Source: an uncultured delta proteobacterium (lineage in GTDB: Bacteria; Myxococcota; Myxococcia; Myxococcales; Myxococcaceae). From it: DNA of 64,000 bases. The first letter of the stretch is position 1. Each line of letters opens with the position of its first letter. This document shows, one piece after another, positions 50,057 to 63,535 of the stretch. Position numbers and translations under genes: made by a program. The stretch spans positions 64,001 to 128,000 of the forward strand of contig CAVYSY010000045.1 in NCBI GenBank assembly GCA_963771175.1, given 5' to 3'. The notes under the pieces are model-generated. The model had not been told where the DNA came from, did no database searches, and saw only the letters and a list, made by a program, of their open reading frames with translations.

Positions 50057-51713
50057 TCAGGGGCGATATAGGGATCCATCGATGACTACTCCATCCAGTC
50101 CGAGCCGGTGGGCACAGGGAAGCGCATCCTCTGGCCGATGCACGATAGGCTCTCCCGGACCGTTGAAGGAGGTGTTGATGAGACCGGCGATTCCGTGCCG
50201 CCGCCACAGCCGCGTGAGCAGGGCGCACAGGAACGTCTGATCGTGATCATCCTCCCGGATGACCTGGGCCCGAAGCGAGCCGTCCGCGTGGAGGACGCCC
50301 GCGAACCGTGCTTCCCACTCAGGCCGCAGTCGCCATGCGCCGAGCATGAACGGTGCGAGGTGACTTCGCGCCACCTCTCCGCCGAAGGCTTGTTCGGCGA
50401 CTTCCCGCAGGAGCACGGGGGCCACTGGCCGATACCACTCCCGCCTCTTGAGGGTCTCACTGGACACGTCGCCGGAGCTCGGCGCGATCCGGCCGGGCCA
50501 GGATGCTCCGATGTCCGAGGGCGCGCGGGCCGATCTCGGCCGCACCATTGCAAACGCCGATGACCCTGCCCTCGGCCAGCAAGTCCGCGATCGTGTCCAC
50601 CTCCTGGAGTGGCGTGTCACCCGGACCGGTCCTCGTGCGCCCGAGGAAGGGCCCGTGGAGTGCCACCTCACCGTGTTCGAGGAACTCGACCCAGGCCGCC
50701 GCTCCCAGTGCGAGCCCGGTGTCATTGGTGCAGGGCGGAACGTGCACCGTCTGGAATGCGCCCGAGGCCTCGAGGCGGGCGTTGGTGGGGATGTTCAGCG
50801 CCGCGCCCCCCGCGTAGTAGATGACGGGCGCCAGTGCGGCGCTGCCAGTCGAGGAGCTCCGCGCTGACACTCTCCTCGAAGTGGTGTTGGAGCGTCGCGC
50901 AGAGATCTCGACAGAGTTCCTCATGTGGCTCGAAGGTGGACCACCGGGTGCCGAACCGCCGGTTGACGAGCTCGAGCAGCCTCGCCGGGTCCTCGGGCCC
51001 TTCGAGGAAGAAGCGGTGCTCCTCCAGCCAGGAGAGGAGTGAAGGGGCGGGGGTGCCGTGGCCCGCGTAGCCCATCAGCTTTCCCGGAATGGTCAGGTGC
51101 TCGTGGCTCCCGAACCCGAGGATGGCCCTGACCAGGGGGTTGACGTTGAAGTTGTTCACTGGGGCCTTCAGCCGGTCCCAGGAGGACTCCAGCAGCCGCG
51201 CCTCGCGTCCATCCCACCACCAGAAGGAGCATGCGGAATCCGAGGCGCCGCCGTCGATGTGCGCCAGCAGGCTCTGGGGCTCGAAGCGCCCGACGAAGGG
51301 GAGCAGGCTGGCGACATGGGCGAATTCATGACAGAGCGCCCAACCCGTGGCGGTGCGTGGCCGGAGACCGTCTGGATACCACCGCACCCTGGCTGGCACC
51401 GGCCGTGCGTCGATGCCGACCGCCGCAGTGGGTTCGATTCGGAGGTTGCCATCCGCCGTCTGGAAGCCATCGCCGACGAACGCGTTGACCGAGACGAAGC
51501 GGACCGGCTCGTCCCCGATGCCCACCGCCTCGAGCAACTCGTGCAGATACTGGTCGAGCCGGTTGTCGTGCTTGCGCCGGGTCCACCGTTCCAGCGACAG
51601 CACCGTCTCCACGCGCCCTTCCCGGGCATCACCGCGAGGCCGTGGTCATGGGTGTAGGTGGGTGCCGTGCCGTGCGAGGTATCTCGAATCCCATAGAGCC
51701 CGACAGTCACCAT
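50057..51713 (-). CDS. NodU/TobZ-like carbamoyltransferase, ~3 frameshifts
   Basis: [75 protein letters not shown]. Confidence 0.85.
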
Positions 51714-52351
51714 GGCTCCACCGCCCTGTGCTCTCCGCGCCAGATACAGCGCAGGCCGCCGCCGAGCCGCTGGATGGCGAATCCATCGAGCGGCGCCAGC
51801 CAGGTTCCTGTGAATTGCTCGCCGGAGAGCGGAGCGATGGCGGGCATCAGCACCGAGTCATGGGTGATGCACACGCCACTGCCCCTTCTCGCGTCGAGGC
51901 GATCGAGCGCCGCTGACAGCAGCAACCGGGTTCCCTCTCCAGCCGCGCGGACGAAGGGCCAGCGCCGCCCGGAGAGCTGCGCGCGGACGACCCCTTCGGT
52001 GCCCAGCTCGGCGAACAGGCGCGCCCCCTCGGTCCGGTCCATCACCCAGGGGCCAGGCGAGCCCAGCCGGGTGTCCACCTCCACGCTGCTCGTTCCCGGC
52101 CGCTCCGCGAGCGCCTCCGCCGTGCGCCGGCACCGGAGGAAGGGGCTGATGGCGGCCCAGGAGATTCGCGTGCGAAGCCTGTGTCCGAGCTCCAGGGCGG
52201 CTTCGTGGCCAGCGGGAGTGAGGTCGACATCGGCGTAGGGCTCCTCGGGAGGGAGGGGGGCCCGCTCCGCGTGGCGCAGGAACAAGGTGAAGGGGGCGGA
52301 GGGGTCCAGGGCATTGAGCGTACGGACGAGTCCCTCGGGCAGGAGGGTCAT
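51707..52351 (-). CDS. Histidine phosphatase family protein
   Basis: LFLRHAER, LT..G, SPFLRCRRTA, ITHDS. Confidence 0.85.
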   Translation of the reverse strand: MTLLPEGLVRTLNALDPSAPFTLFLRHAERAPLPPEEPYADVDLTPAGHEAALELGHRLRTRISWAAISPFLRCRRTAEALAERPGTSSVEVDTRLGSPGPWVMDRTEGARLFAELGTEGVVRAQLSGRRWPFVRAAGEGTRLLLSAALDRLDARRGSGVCITHDSVLMPAIAPLSGEQFTGTWLAPLDGFAIQRLGGGLRCIWRGEHRAVEPW

Positions 52352-53282
52352 GGCTCATTCCCCAGGTGCTCGAGGCCCCAGAAGGTGAGCAGCTCGATGC
52401 GCTTGTCGAGCGGGAGCGGCTCGATGGGGCCACAGGCCCGTGCGGTCATGACCACCTTGGCGTAGTGCTCCAGGCCCTCGACACGGAGGAAGGCGTTCCA
52501 GATGGAGTCGGCCCAGGCAACCACTCCGTGGCGCGGAAGGATCGCCCAGTTGTAGTGCTCCATGTACGGGCGCAGCACGGCGGGGCTCTGCTCCGAGGAG
52601 ATCCGGGCGTACTCCGTGGTGGGAATGGGCGCGACGCTCACGTAGGTCTTGTGCAGGTCGACGCCCGCCAGCGAGGCCGCCACGGCATAGGGCGAGTGGA
52701 CGTGGATGACGCAGCGGCAGTCCGGACGGGAGCGGTGCAGCTCGACGTGCAGGCGGTACTCGGACGTCGGACGGCGGTCGCCTCGGAGCAGGGTTCCATC
52801 CGGGTGGGTGACGACGAACTCCTCGGGGCGGATGAATCCGTTGTGCGAGCCGCTCGGTGTCATCAGCAGGGTGCCATCATCGAGCCGGTAGGAGAGGTTG
52901 CCGTCGATGGAGACGTTGTACCCGCGCTCATAGATGAGAATGCGCGACGCGGGTGAGCTCCTGGCGGATGCGCCACTCGGGGTCGGCCTGGTCTGGATGG
53001 AAGAGGCCTTCACGGTCGAGCTGCCCGTGTGTGCCCTCCACCGTGCAGGACGAGGCGTGACCATCGACGAATGGGAGGATCCACTGAAATCGGAGCCCAT
53101 GGGTGGGAAGCTCGTGACCGTGGGGATCGATGAGGACGGCGCTTCCATCGAACCGGTGGGCGACGGCGAACCCCTCCCGGAAGGCGCTGACCGCACGGTA
53201 GCGGGATGCATAGACGGGCTGTCCGGTCCCATCGACATGGGCCCAGGTCCCATCCGGCATCCGCGCGGGATGCGGTTCTGAC

Positions 53283-53290
<8 letters not shown>
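52348..53290 (-). CDS. WG-repeat-like N-terminus fused to class II aldolase/adducin domain, one frameshift at ~52937
   Basis: SAFREGFAVA and LPFVDGHA repeats; removing one base gives QELTRVAHLIYERG, then GNLS, TPSG, PTSEYRLH, HVHSPY, HG. Confidence 0.75.
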
Positions 53291-54835
<1,545 letters not shown>

Positions 54836-54836
<1 letters not shown>

Positions 54837-57214
54837 CACGTCACCTCCACCGGCTTGCGCATGTTGCAGCCGAGGCAGAGCGTGCGGTTCCGGTAGGTCG
54901 CGACGAGCCGCTGGTAGGCCTCGCCGTTCCAGATCTCCATGAAGCCCGTCGTCGTGCAGGTTGCCGAACTCGCCGAGCGTGCGCCGCTGCGCGTCCGGCG
55001 CGCAGCAGGGATCGAAGCGGCCCTCCGCGCTCACCCAGGCCTCCTGCCCGAGGAACGGGCACGGACCGCCGGGCGCGAGATCCTCCTGTCGCGTCGTCGT
55101 CGAGCAGGAAGATGTTCTCGAGCAGGACGGGCTCGCCGTTCGGCAGCGGCCCGCTCGGCGGCGGCCGCGCGCGCCTCGAGCACGGCCTCGTTCCAGCGCC
55201 GGATCGCACTCGGGCTCCGCCGCATCGAGAGCGGTTCTGATCTCGTCGAAGTGGGCCCAGAGGTGGTGGCCCTTCACGCGGTCGACGCCGAGGTCGACCG
55301 CGAGCCGCACGATGTCGGCGAGCTCGGCGACGTTGCGTCTCGAGGAACGTGAGCTGGAACGTGACGCGGCAGCGGTTGCCGCCGCTCGCGCGCGTGCGCG
55401 TCGCGCACCGCGATGAACGTGCGCACGTTCTCGAGCACCTTCTCCCAGCGCGCGCCGAGCATGATCGCCTCGTGCGTCGCCTTCGTCGCGCCGTTCCACG
55501 AGATCTTCACGTCCGAGGTGACCGGCACGATCCGCTCGGCCCACGCGCGCGCGCCGAGCCGCGGGAAGGTGCCGTTGGTGGTGAGGTTGAGCTTCACGCC
55601 GTGCGTCGCGCAGAGGTCGAGGATCTCCTCGAAGTGCTCGTAGAGCAGCGGCTCGCCCATCGTCGACGGGATGATCTCCCGCAGCCCGTGCGCGGCGCAG
55701 CCTCCGCGACGACCCGCGCGAATCAGCTCGATCGGCATCACCCGGCGCGGCCTCCCGCGGCCTTGCGCGCGGCTCTGCAGCGGGCTGTGCGGCGAGTGCT
55801 CCTCGCACATGACGCAGTGCAGGTTGCAGGTGTCCGGGTTGGTGTCGAACGTGATCCGCCACGGGCCCGGCGCGGCGTGGCACGCGCGCGGTGTCACGCC
55901 GCGCGAGGACCTGCTCGTAGAGCGCCTCGACGTCGCGCGACGTGGTCGCCGATGTCGGGGATGTCGCCGCTCGCGCTGAAGCAGGTAGCCGCGCGCGCCC
56001 GAGGCGCTCGCGCCAGCGCCGGGTCGTCGACGAGCCGCTGCATCTGCTCGGCGAGCGCCGTCGGGATCGCGGTGCTCGAAGAGCAGCCCGTTGACCTCGT
56101 GGTGCACGTACTCGGCCATGCCGCCCGACGTCGGCGGTGATGACCGGGACGCGGGCCTGCTGCGCCTCGTGGATGACGAGCGGCGAGTTCTCGACCCAGA
56201 CCGACGGCACGACGATCGCGTCGACGCGGTCGAAGACGTCGCGGACGATCTCCTGGTTGCGGTACTCGGGCAGCCACTCGACGCGCTCGGCCAGCGTCCC
56301 CCGGCAGGCGCCGCGGCGATCGCCTTGAGCGCCTCGGTGTCCTGGCCGCGCGGCCGCCCCCAGATGCGCAGCCGCGGCGTCGCCGCGCAGCCGCGCCGAA
56401 GGCGTCGAGAGGTGGTGGATGCCCTTCGCCGGGATGTGCGTGCCGATGTAGCCGAACGTGAATGGCTCGCCCGGCGCGCGCTGCGCGGCCGCGCAGCCGC
56501 GTCGCGGTCGAAGCCGTAGTCGAGGTAGACGCAGCTTGCGCTCGGGCAGCCCGAAGTCGTCGCGATAGCGGTCGATGGAGGTACCGCGACGGGCGCGATG
56601 AAGAGGTCGACGAGCTCGGCCATCTCGCGCACGTGCGCGCATCCGGCGCGCGACCCAGTCGCGTCCAGTAGGCGACGTCCGCCTCGCGCTCGTCGGGCGC
56701 GCCGCGAGAAGTAGCGGGCGTAGCAGCGCTCGGCGCACTTGCGGTCCTCCTGCCCGTCGCACGCGGCCCAGAGGTCGTTCGGGTCCTCCGGGTGCATCTG
56801 CATGAACTGGCCGCGCGGGCACATCAGCCAGTAGTCGTGCAGCGTGAAGACGATCGGGAGCTCGCGGGTCGCGGCCTCGCCGAGCAGCGAGGTCGAGAGG
56901 TGGTTGAGGTGGCCGACGTGGACGACGTCGGGCGCGAACGCGATCGAGCACCTCCGCGAAGCGCTGATCGACGCCGACGTGCCGGTAGCGATCGCGGCTC
57001 CGCGGCATGTTGACGACGTGCAGCGTGACGCGCGGGTCGTCGCGTCGCGCTCCGCGCGCAGCGCGGTAGTCAGGCGCGAACGGGATCCTCCTCGCGCGTG
57101 AAGACGTGCACCTCGTGCCGCTCGGCGAGCGCCGTGGCAGAGGGTCTGCGTGTAGACCTCGGAGCCCGCGTTGTACCGCATCGGGTAGCCGTGGATGACC
57201 TGCAGGATTTTCAT
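54836..57214 (-). CDS. GT4-like glycosyltransferase fused to radical SAM/SPASM domain, multiply frameshifted
   Basis: MKILQVIHGYPMRYNAGSEVY, TLHDYWLMCPRGQ, YIGTHIPAKG, PSVWVENSPLVIHEA; then CNLHCVMC, GEPL, TTNG, CPFLG, PCC, CLGC. Confidence 0.78.
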
Positions 57215-57356
57215 GCGCCCTCTCGCATGAAGCTCATCACAGATCATCAAAGCGCAGCATCCATCCCGGCGAGGTATTTCCTGAACAGCGCGGTCCGACA
57301 GTCCTTGACAGCAGGAGGGACGGACCAGCACTCCGATGAGCTCTCCTGCCCCGATT

Positions 57357-59037
57357 TCAGAAGGGGGCCGGCTGCTCGAAGGAGACGAGCTGTCCCGTCT
57401 CCGGATGGCGGAACGAGAGTGACTCCGCGTGCAGGTGCAGGCGGCGGTCCTCGTGCCCGTAGAGGCGGTCCCCGACGATGGGCGCGCCGAGGCCGAGCGG
57501 GTGCGCCGCGTGGACGCGCAGTTGGTGGGTCCTCCCGGTGAGGGGGAAGAAGGCCACGCGGGTGCGCTCCCCACTTCGCTCGAGGACCTCCCACCGGGTG
57601 ACCGCGGCCTTTCCGTGCACGGGGTCGTGAATCTGCCGGGGCCGGTCGTGGAGGTCGACGCGCATCGGGAAGTCGATCGTTCCTCGCTCGCCCTGGACGT
57701 GTCCCTCGAGCCAGGCCACGTAGCGCTTCTGGACCTCCCGGTGGACGAACTGCCGCTGCAGGGCCGCGTGCGTCCGCGAGTCGAGCGCCGCGACGAGCAG
57801 GCCCGAGGTGTCCAGGTCGAGCCGATGCACGAGGAGCGGGCCCGTCGCGTGCGGGTACCGGGCGCGCAGCCGGGCGAGCACCGAGTCCGTCACCGAGGCG
57901 TCCTTTCCGGGCACGGAGAGCAGGCCGCAGGGCTTGTCGACCACGACGACCCACGCGTCCTCGAAGACGACGGACAGCTCCGAGGCCACGACGGCCGGTG
58001 GCGAGAAGGCTCTCGGGGAGGTGACTCGCAGGCCCTCCAGCATGAACGGAAGGAGGGGGCCGCACTTGTCCCGGCAGGCGGCGTAGAAGGCGCCGGTGAC
58101 GCGTCCTCCCGAGAGCGGCGGAGCGCCCCACCAGAACTCGGCGAGCGCCAGCGGACGCAAGCCGTGCGCGAAGGCATGGGCGAGGAGCTTCGGGGCCGCG
58201 CAGTCAGCGGCGCCCGAGGGAGGCTCTCCGGGTGCGTACAGGGCCCGCAGCGGACGCTGCTCGCCCCGCGCATTGGGGACTTCGTAGGTGTCGTGGAGCC
58301 GCTTCATGAGCGCGCGACAGACGATCCGCCGCAGGCGCTCGAGGGCCCGAAGACGCCGTTCGAGCCGCGCTCGCTTCGGCACGAGCGCCCGTCGTTCCTC
58401 CTCCTGCGCCGCATCCAATCGGCGCTGCTCCGCCTTGTCGCCCCGGCTCTCCTGGTCGAGCGCATGGAGGGCCTCGCGCTTCTCGGCCTCCGCGAGCGCA
58501 TCCGACGCCGTGAGCTCCGCCCGCCGCGCGTGGCGCCGCCGCCGCTTCTCTTCATGCCGGGCGCGCAGCGCCGCTCGTTCCGCGGTGTGGCGTGCCTGCT
58601 GCGCTTCGTGGGCGGCCCGGAGCGTGACGAGCTCCGACGAGGTCCGGAGCTCCTCGGCGCGGGCGAGCAGCGCCTTCACCACGGCCTCGCCCGCGGGCTC
58701 CACCTGGGCTCGTGCCTCGCGGTCGAAGAGGGGCGGGACGAAGCCCGGGACGTCCCAGCGGCCCGCGAGCATGCCGGAGAAGGACCGGAGGAACCCGAGG
58801 CGTCCGTCTGGCTGCTGCACGACCAGCACGCCGAACATCTTGCCGCCCTCCGGGCCGTCGAGCGTCGCGCTCGGAATCCCCGGGGCGACGAAGCCCGGCA
58901 CGGAGCTCCGCCTGCATCACCTCCGCGGCCTGGCGGGCCAGTTCGTGAGGACCGAGCTCGTCGAAGGGGCTCGGGAAGGCGTCGGCGACATCGTCAGAGG
59001 CCGGCCGCGGCTCGAAGGGTGTGACCCAGGTCTCCAC
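57357..59037 (-). CDS. RluA-family pseudouridine synthase (long form), frameshift at ~58905
   Basis: GKMFGVLVV, CAAPKLL, DKPCGLLSVPG, HRLDLDTSG, TGRTHQLRVH. Confidence 0.9.
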
Positions 59038-59320
59038 GGCCCTCCGGTAGCACGAAACGGCGAGAAACGGTGCCACCATCCAGGATTCTAGCCGTAGCGG
59101 TGCCAATCCAGGCGCAAATGTCGAGAACTCAATGTCGGATGACCCGACTCGTGGGCGGGGTTTTCATCGGTGAATTCGGCAGCGGCCATCAAGGAGCCCA
59201 CGAAGGCTTGTTCGCGCCCACGAGGTACAGCACCTTGTCGTCAGAATTGAAGGAGAACTGACCCGCTCTGTCCGAAAGGCTGGAGATCCTGGCATGTCGA
59301 ATCTCTCCGTTCGTGCAGTT

Positions 59321-59992
59321 TTACGAATCACTTGCGGCATTCCCGGAACTCGATGTCGCTTCCGTCGACGTCTCCGAGGAACAAAGCCATATTGAATTCT
59401 CCCAGTATTTGCTGGCCAATTGCGGGATCGCCTCCGTGGATTTGATGAGGTAGTCTCTTTGGTGTGCCCCTGCTGGTCCCGATTGCGAAATATGTGCGAG
59501 GATCCCCCCTTTCCGCTCGTTGGACGGATGATCATGCCCAAGCAGCCAGCAAATCCTCCGGTATAGAGATTCGTGGCCCCATTTAGGGATGCCAATATGC
59601 TTCTCAGATACGAAGAAGGTGTTGGACATGTGCGGCGCCGAAGCACTATCGGAGACAAACTCGATTTTTACCCTTCCGTCTCCCGCCAGTGTCATCGTCT
59701 TCAATTTTTTCTTGAGGCGGTCTGTTTGGAAGCGTTCGCGTGCTGCTTTCACGCTGGGAAACATGGGACAATCACCACTAACATGCGGCGCGATCATGGC
59801 GCCGAAAATCCAACATGAAGGGATCTTGCCGAAGGAAGCCATACTTCACGTTGGCGGTCATCAGGAAGACGCCCAGGAACTTGTGCTCGCGAGGTGTGAG
59901 CACAACCCCACCTCGACGCAGCCACTTGCTGGCGCATCGATGTCCAAGGCCTCTCCCTCTTCGCTGTGCATGTATACAACTCGTACCGTCAT
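59321..59992 (-). CDS. Low-GC orphan protein, apparently frameshifted
   Basis: GGGAGA RBS before ATG 59992; long ORF 59321..59842; visibly AT-richer than flanks. Confidence 0.4.
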
Positions 59993-60073
59993 GACATATC
60001 TCCCGATGTTGTCGGCTCGAATGGCGCGGATGTGAGGTGCTGACGATTTGAGTCGTCTGACCCCCTGCCTGGC

Positions 60074-60682
60074 TCACGCCGGGGGCAGAGAGGCCACCAG
60101 CTCCTCCAGGGCCTCGTGCCCACGTCGGAAGACGGGCCAGCCGTCCCCCACCAGCACCGCGTCGATGCGCGACCGTGAGAGCAGCCCACGCACCGAAGCA
60201 CGCGCCCTCGCGGCGTCCTTCAGCTTCGCGTCCGGCAGGAGGTTGAGCCGACCCCCCAGGTGGCCGCGGACGAGGTCGCCCGTCACCAACGTGGTGTCCT
60301 CGAGGAGGAGGGCCAGCTCGCCGGGCGTCTTGGAGCCGTGCAGCTCCAACGCCACGAGCCCGGGGACGAGCACCTCGCCATCCGCGAGCCAGCGGTCGCA
60401 CCGCAGGGGGAAGGAGTCCGCCTCGGCGCGAGGGCCGGCGACCTTCGCGCCGAAGTCGGCGACCAGCTCACGCGTGGCGCGGAGGTGCTCCGAGTTGGTC
60501 ACCACCACCCAGGCCACCCCGCCGAGCGAGCGCAGGCGCGCGGCCTCGTGCGCGGACAGCGGGAGCGGATCGATGACCACATTGCCCTCGGGGCGTACCC
60601 AGAGGACGCTGTGGAAGTCCAGGTTGCGCGCCTCGTCGAAGCGGGACCAGCCGTAGAGCGATGGGCGGTGCAGGGCTTTCAT
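60074..60682 (-). CDS. MBL-fold hydrolase-like protein
   Basis: VIDP, VVTNSEHLR, GSKTPGE, VTGDL, VGDG. Confidence 0.75.
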   Translation of the reverse strand: MKALHRPSLYGWSRFDEARNLDFHSVLWVRPEGNVVIDPLPLSAHEAARLRSLGGVAWVVVTNSEHLRATRELVADFGAKVAGPRAEADSFPLRCDRWLADGEVLVPGLVALELHGSKTPGELALLLEDTTLVTGDLVRGHLGGRLNLLPDAKLKDAARARASVRGLLSRSRIDAVLVGDGWPVFRRGHEALEELVASLPPA

Positions 60683-61022
60683 GCGCCCGAGCCTGCCCTA
60701 CCGGCCGGCCGGTGGGAAGCTGCGCACGCGCTGGCCCTCGGAGACGTAGAGCGTGTCCTTTGTCGGCCGCGGGCTGCACCGGGAGCGGGGTGTCAGTCCA
60801 GTACGGCAGGCAGTATTCCGACCGGAGGTACAGGTAGCCCATCAGCACGACGCCCCCGAAGCGGAGGACGGGGACTGGACGGGCGCGCTGCTCGCGGAGC
60901 TGGACGCACTCGTGGTTTTCATCTGAAAGCCATCACAAATAACGCGGGAAGCGTCGGGAACCTGAAGGAGTGCCGGGCGCCCTCTTTGATCAACCGGGCG
61001 TCTCTCCCACTCTGGGGTCGTG

Positions 61023-62444
61023 ATGAAGCCACACACCCCATCTGGTCTCACCTCGCGCGGGCTGGTGGCGATCGCCGCCCTGACGGGAGTGCTGTTCGCC
61101 CCGCCCGCGTCTTCCCGCGATGGCGCTCCGAGTCTGGACGTCAATCGTTTTCATCCCGCGGCGGGCTCGGCCCGGTTGCTCACCGTCGACCTCGCCGACG
61201 TGGGCCGCTCGAAGGAACTGGTGTCCCAGTTCGTCCTGCACTACGCGGACCTGCCGCTCGCCTACACCTTCGGTGAGCGCATCACGGGCAAGCTGGTGCG
61301 GGATCGGCTCACCGCCGACCTCTCGTTCGCCTTCTCCCTGCTGGACAGGGTGCAGCTCAGCATGGCCATTCCGGTGACGCTCCACCAGGCCGGCGACATC
61401 GTCTCCTACCCGGACATGGTGACGCGCGAGCCGCGCTCGCTCCCGAGCATCGCGAGCGGCGGGCTGGAGGACCTGCGGCTGGGCCTCAAGGGTCGCTTCT
61501 GGAGCAACGAGCGGTTCGGTCTGGGCGGGGTGGCCGAGGTGGTGGCGCCCACGGGCAACGCCGAGAGCTACCTGGGCTCGGCGAGCGTGACGGGGTCGGC
61601 ACAGCTCATCGGTCACGCCCGGTTCCAGCGGGTGACGGTGGCGCTCAACCTGGGCTGGCGGTGGGCGGAGGAGCAGCGGCTGCTCAACATTCGTGCGGGC
61701 CACGGTCTGCTCTACGGCGCGGGCGTGGAGGTAGAGGTGGCGCGCCCCTCGGACATCCCCGTCTTGCTGCTCGGTGAGGTGTATGGGCTGGCCGCTCCAC
61801 GGTTCGGCGATACCGTGAGCAGTCCCGCCGAGGCGATGTTGGCGGGCAAGGTGCGGGTGCGCGACTGGAGCTTCTTCCTCGGCGCGGGCGCGGGGCTCAA
61901 CGCCGGCTACGGAGAGCCCCGGGTGAGGGTCATGGCTGGCCTCTCCCATGCCTGGGAATACCGGCCCCCCCCGCCTCGGTCCGTGGCTCCGCCGGCGGTT
62001 GCCCCACCACCCGCCATCACCGTGGCGGAGCAGGACTCCCGCCTGCGGCTCTGGGAGCCGGTGTACTTCGCCTTCAACAAGGACTCCATCGACCCGGTGA
62101 GCTATCCGCTGCTCGACGAGGTGGCGCGCTTCATTCGCGAGCACCCCGAGCTCGGTCCCGTCCGGATCGATGGGCACACGGATGACGTGGGCAACCCCCA
62201 ATACAACCTGGAACTGTCGCAGCGCCGGGCCCGGTCCATCCTCGAATACCTCAGCACGAAAGGCGTGCCGGTGGAGCGGCTGAGCCCCGTGGGCTACGGC
62301 AAGCGCTGCCCGCTGCTGTCCAATACGTCCGAGGAAGGTCGTGCCACCAACCGGCGGGTGGACTTCATCCTCGTGGACCGAGAGCGTCGCCGCCCCCGCC
62401 CGGGCGAGTGTCCCGAGCCGCCTACCGCCCAGGGCGGAGAGTGA
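61023..62444 (+). CDS. Outer-membrane beta-barrel plus OmpA C-terminal domain protein
   Basis: Signal peptide, beta-barrel-like region, Pro linker, DGHTDDVG..YN.ELSQRRA, NRRVDF. Confidence 0.9.
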   Translation: MKPHTPSGLTSRGLVAIAALTGVLFAPPASSRDGAPSLDVNRFHPAAGSARLLTVDLADVGRSKELVSQFVLHYADLPLAYTFGERITGKLVRDRLTADLSFAFSLLDRVQLSMAIPVTLHQAGDIVSYPDMVTREPRSLPSIASGGLEDLRLGLKGRFWSNERFGLGGVAEVVAPTGNAESYLGSASVTGSAQLIGHARFQRVTVALNLGWRWAEEQRLLNIRAGHGLLYGAGVEVEVARPSDIPVLLLGEVYGLAAPRFGDTVSSPAEAMLAGKVRVRDWSFFLGAGAGLNAGYGEPRVRVMAGLSHAWEYRPPPPRSVAPPAVAPPPAITVAEQDSRLRLWEPVYFAFNKDSIDPVSYPLLDEVARFIREHPELGPVRIDGHTDDVGNPQYNLELSQRRARSILEYLSTKGVPVERLSPVGYGKRCPLLSNTSEEGRATNRRVDFILVDRERRRPRPGECPEPPTAQGGE

Positions 62445-62454
62445 GGAGCGAATC

Positions 62455-63493
62455 ATGCGCAACGCCCCCTGTCTGATCCTGCTGTTGCTCGCCGTCGTGT
62501 CCGTTCCGGCGCATGCCTTGGAGGACGTCAACTGCAACGGCATCGCGCGCTCGGTCGAGAAGGACTCCCGGAGGCCGGATCGAGACTGCATCGACTACTT
62601 CCGCAGCGGCATGACATGCAATGGGGGCGAGCTCCCCCTGTACCGAGCCTGCGATGACTATGTCGCTCCGGGCCCTGGCATGGCGGCCACCTGCAGCAGC
62701 CAGCTCGCGGTGGACCAGGACGCGGATCTGCTCGGGGACTCGTGCGACAACTGCCCCAGGCACGCCAATGCCAGCCAGCAGGATGGGGATGCGGACGGGC
62801 TGGGAGATGTCTGTGACATTTGCCCGGGCCAGGCCAATGCCGACCAGCGGGACTCGGACGGGGACGGGCAGGGAGATGCCTGTGACAGCTGCCCGGGCCA
62901 GGCCAATGCCGACCAGCGGGACTCGGACGGGGACGGGGTGGGGGATGTCTGTGACATCTGCCCAGGCGTGGTCAACGCCGACCAGCGGGACACGGATGGG
63001 GATGGGATAGGGAGATGCGTGCGATGTCTGCCCCGCGAGTGCGAGCGGCGACCAGCGGGACACGGATGGGGATGGGGTCGGGGATGCGTGCGATGTCTGC
63101 CCCGCGAGTGCGAGCGGTGACCAGCAGGACACGGATGGGGACGGGCTGGGGGATGCCTGCGATGTCTGCCCCGGGCATGCCAACCCTGGCCAGCAGGACG
63201 TGGATGGGGACAGGCTGGGGGATGCCTGTGATGTCTGCCCCACGCTGGCCGGCGTCAGCCAGGAGGACGCGGATGGCGATGGGGTGGGGGATGCGTGCGA
63301 CAACTGCCCGATGGAGGCCAACCCCGGCCAGGAGGTGTCGTCGCTCTCCCCGGAGCTGGGCGAGGTCTGCACCCCTGGCGTCCGGGGAGGTGGGGGCTGC
63401 TCGTCAGACGGGGGCGGCCTGGGCGGGATGTTGGGCGGGATCGCGCTCGTGGGGGCGCTGCTGCTCGGCATGAGCCGCCGACGGAGCGCATGA
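62455..63493 (+). CDS. Thrombospondin type 3 repeat protein with MYXO-CTERM-like tail, frameshifts at ~63010-63105
   Basis: Signal peptide; repeated DxDGDGxGDxCDxCP; C-terminal GGGCSS, hydrophobic helix, RRR. Confidence 0.82.
62740..63330 (+). repeat. ~69-bp tandem coding repeat (TSP3 units)
   Basis: tgcccgggccaggccaatgccgaccagcgggactcggacggggacggg at 62821 and 62890. Confidence 0.85.
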
Positions 63494-63535
63494 GCGGGAT
63501 TGGGACGGACGCCGCGCCCATCCGCACGTCATCAA

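Noticed and set aside
62740..63330. CRISPR-like periodicity (~69 bp)
   Set aside because: In-frame coding TSP3 repeats with no unique spacers and no cas genes.
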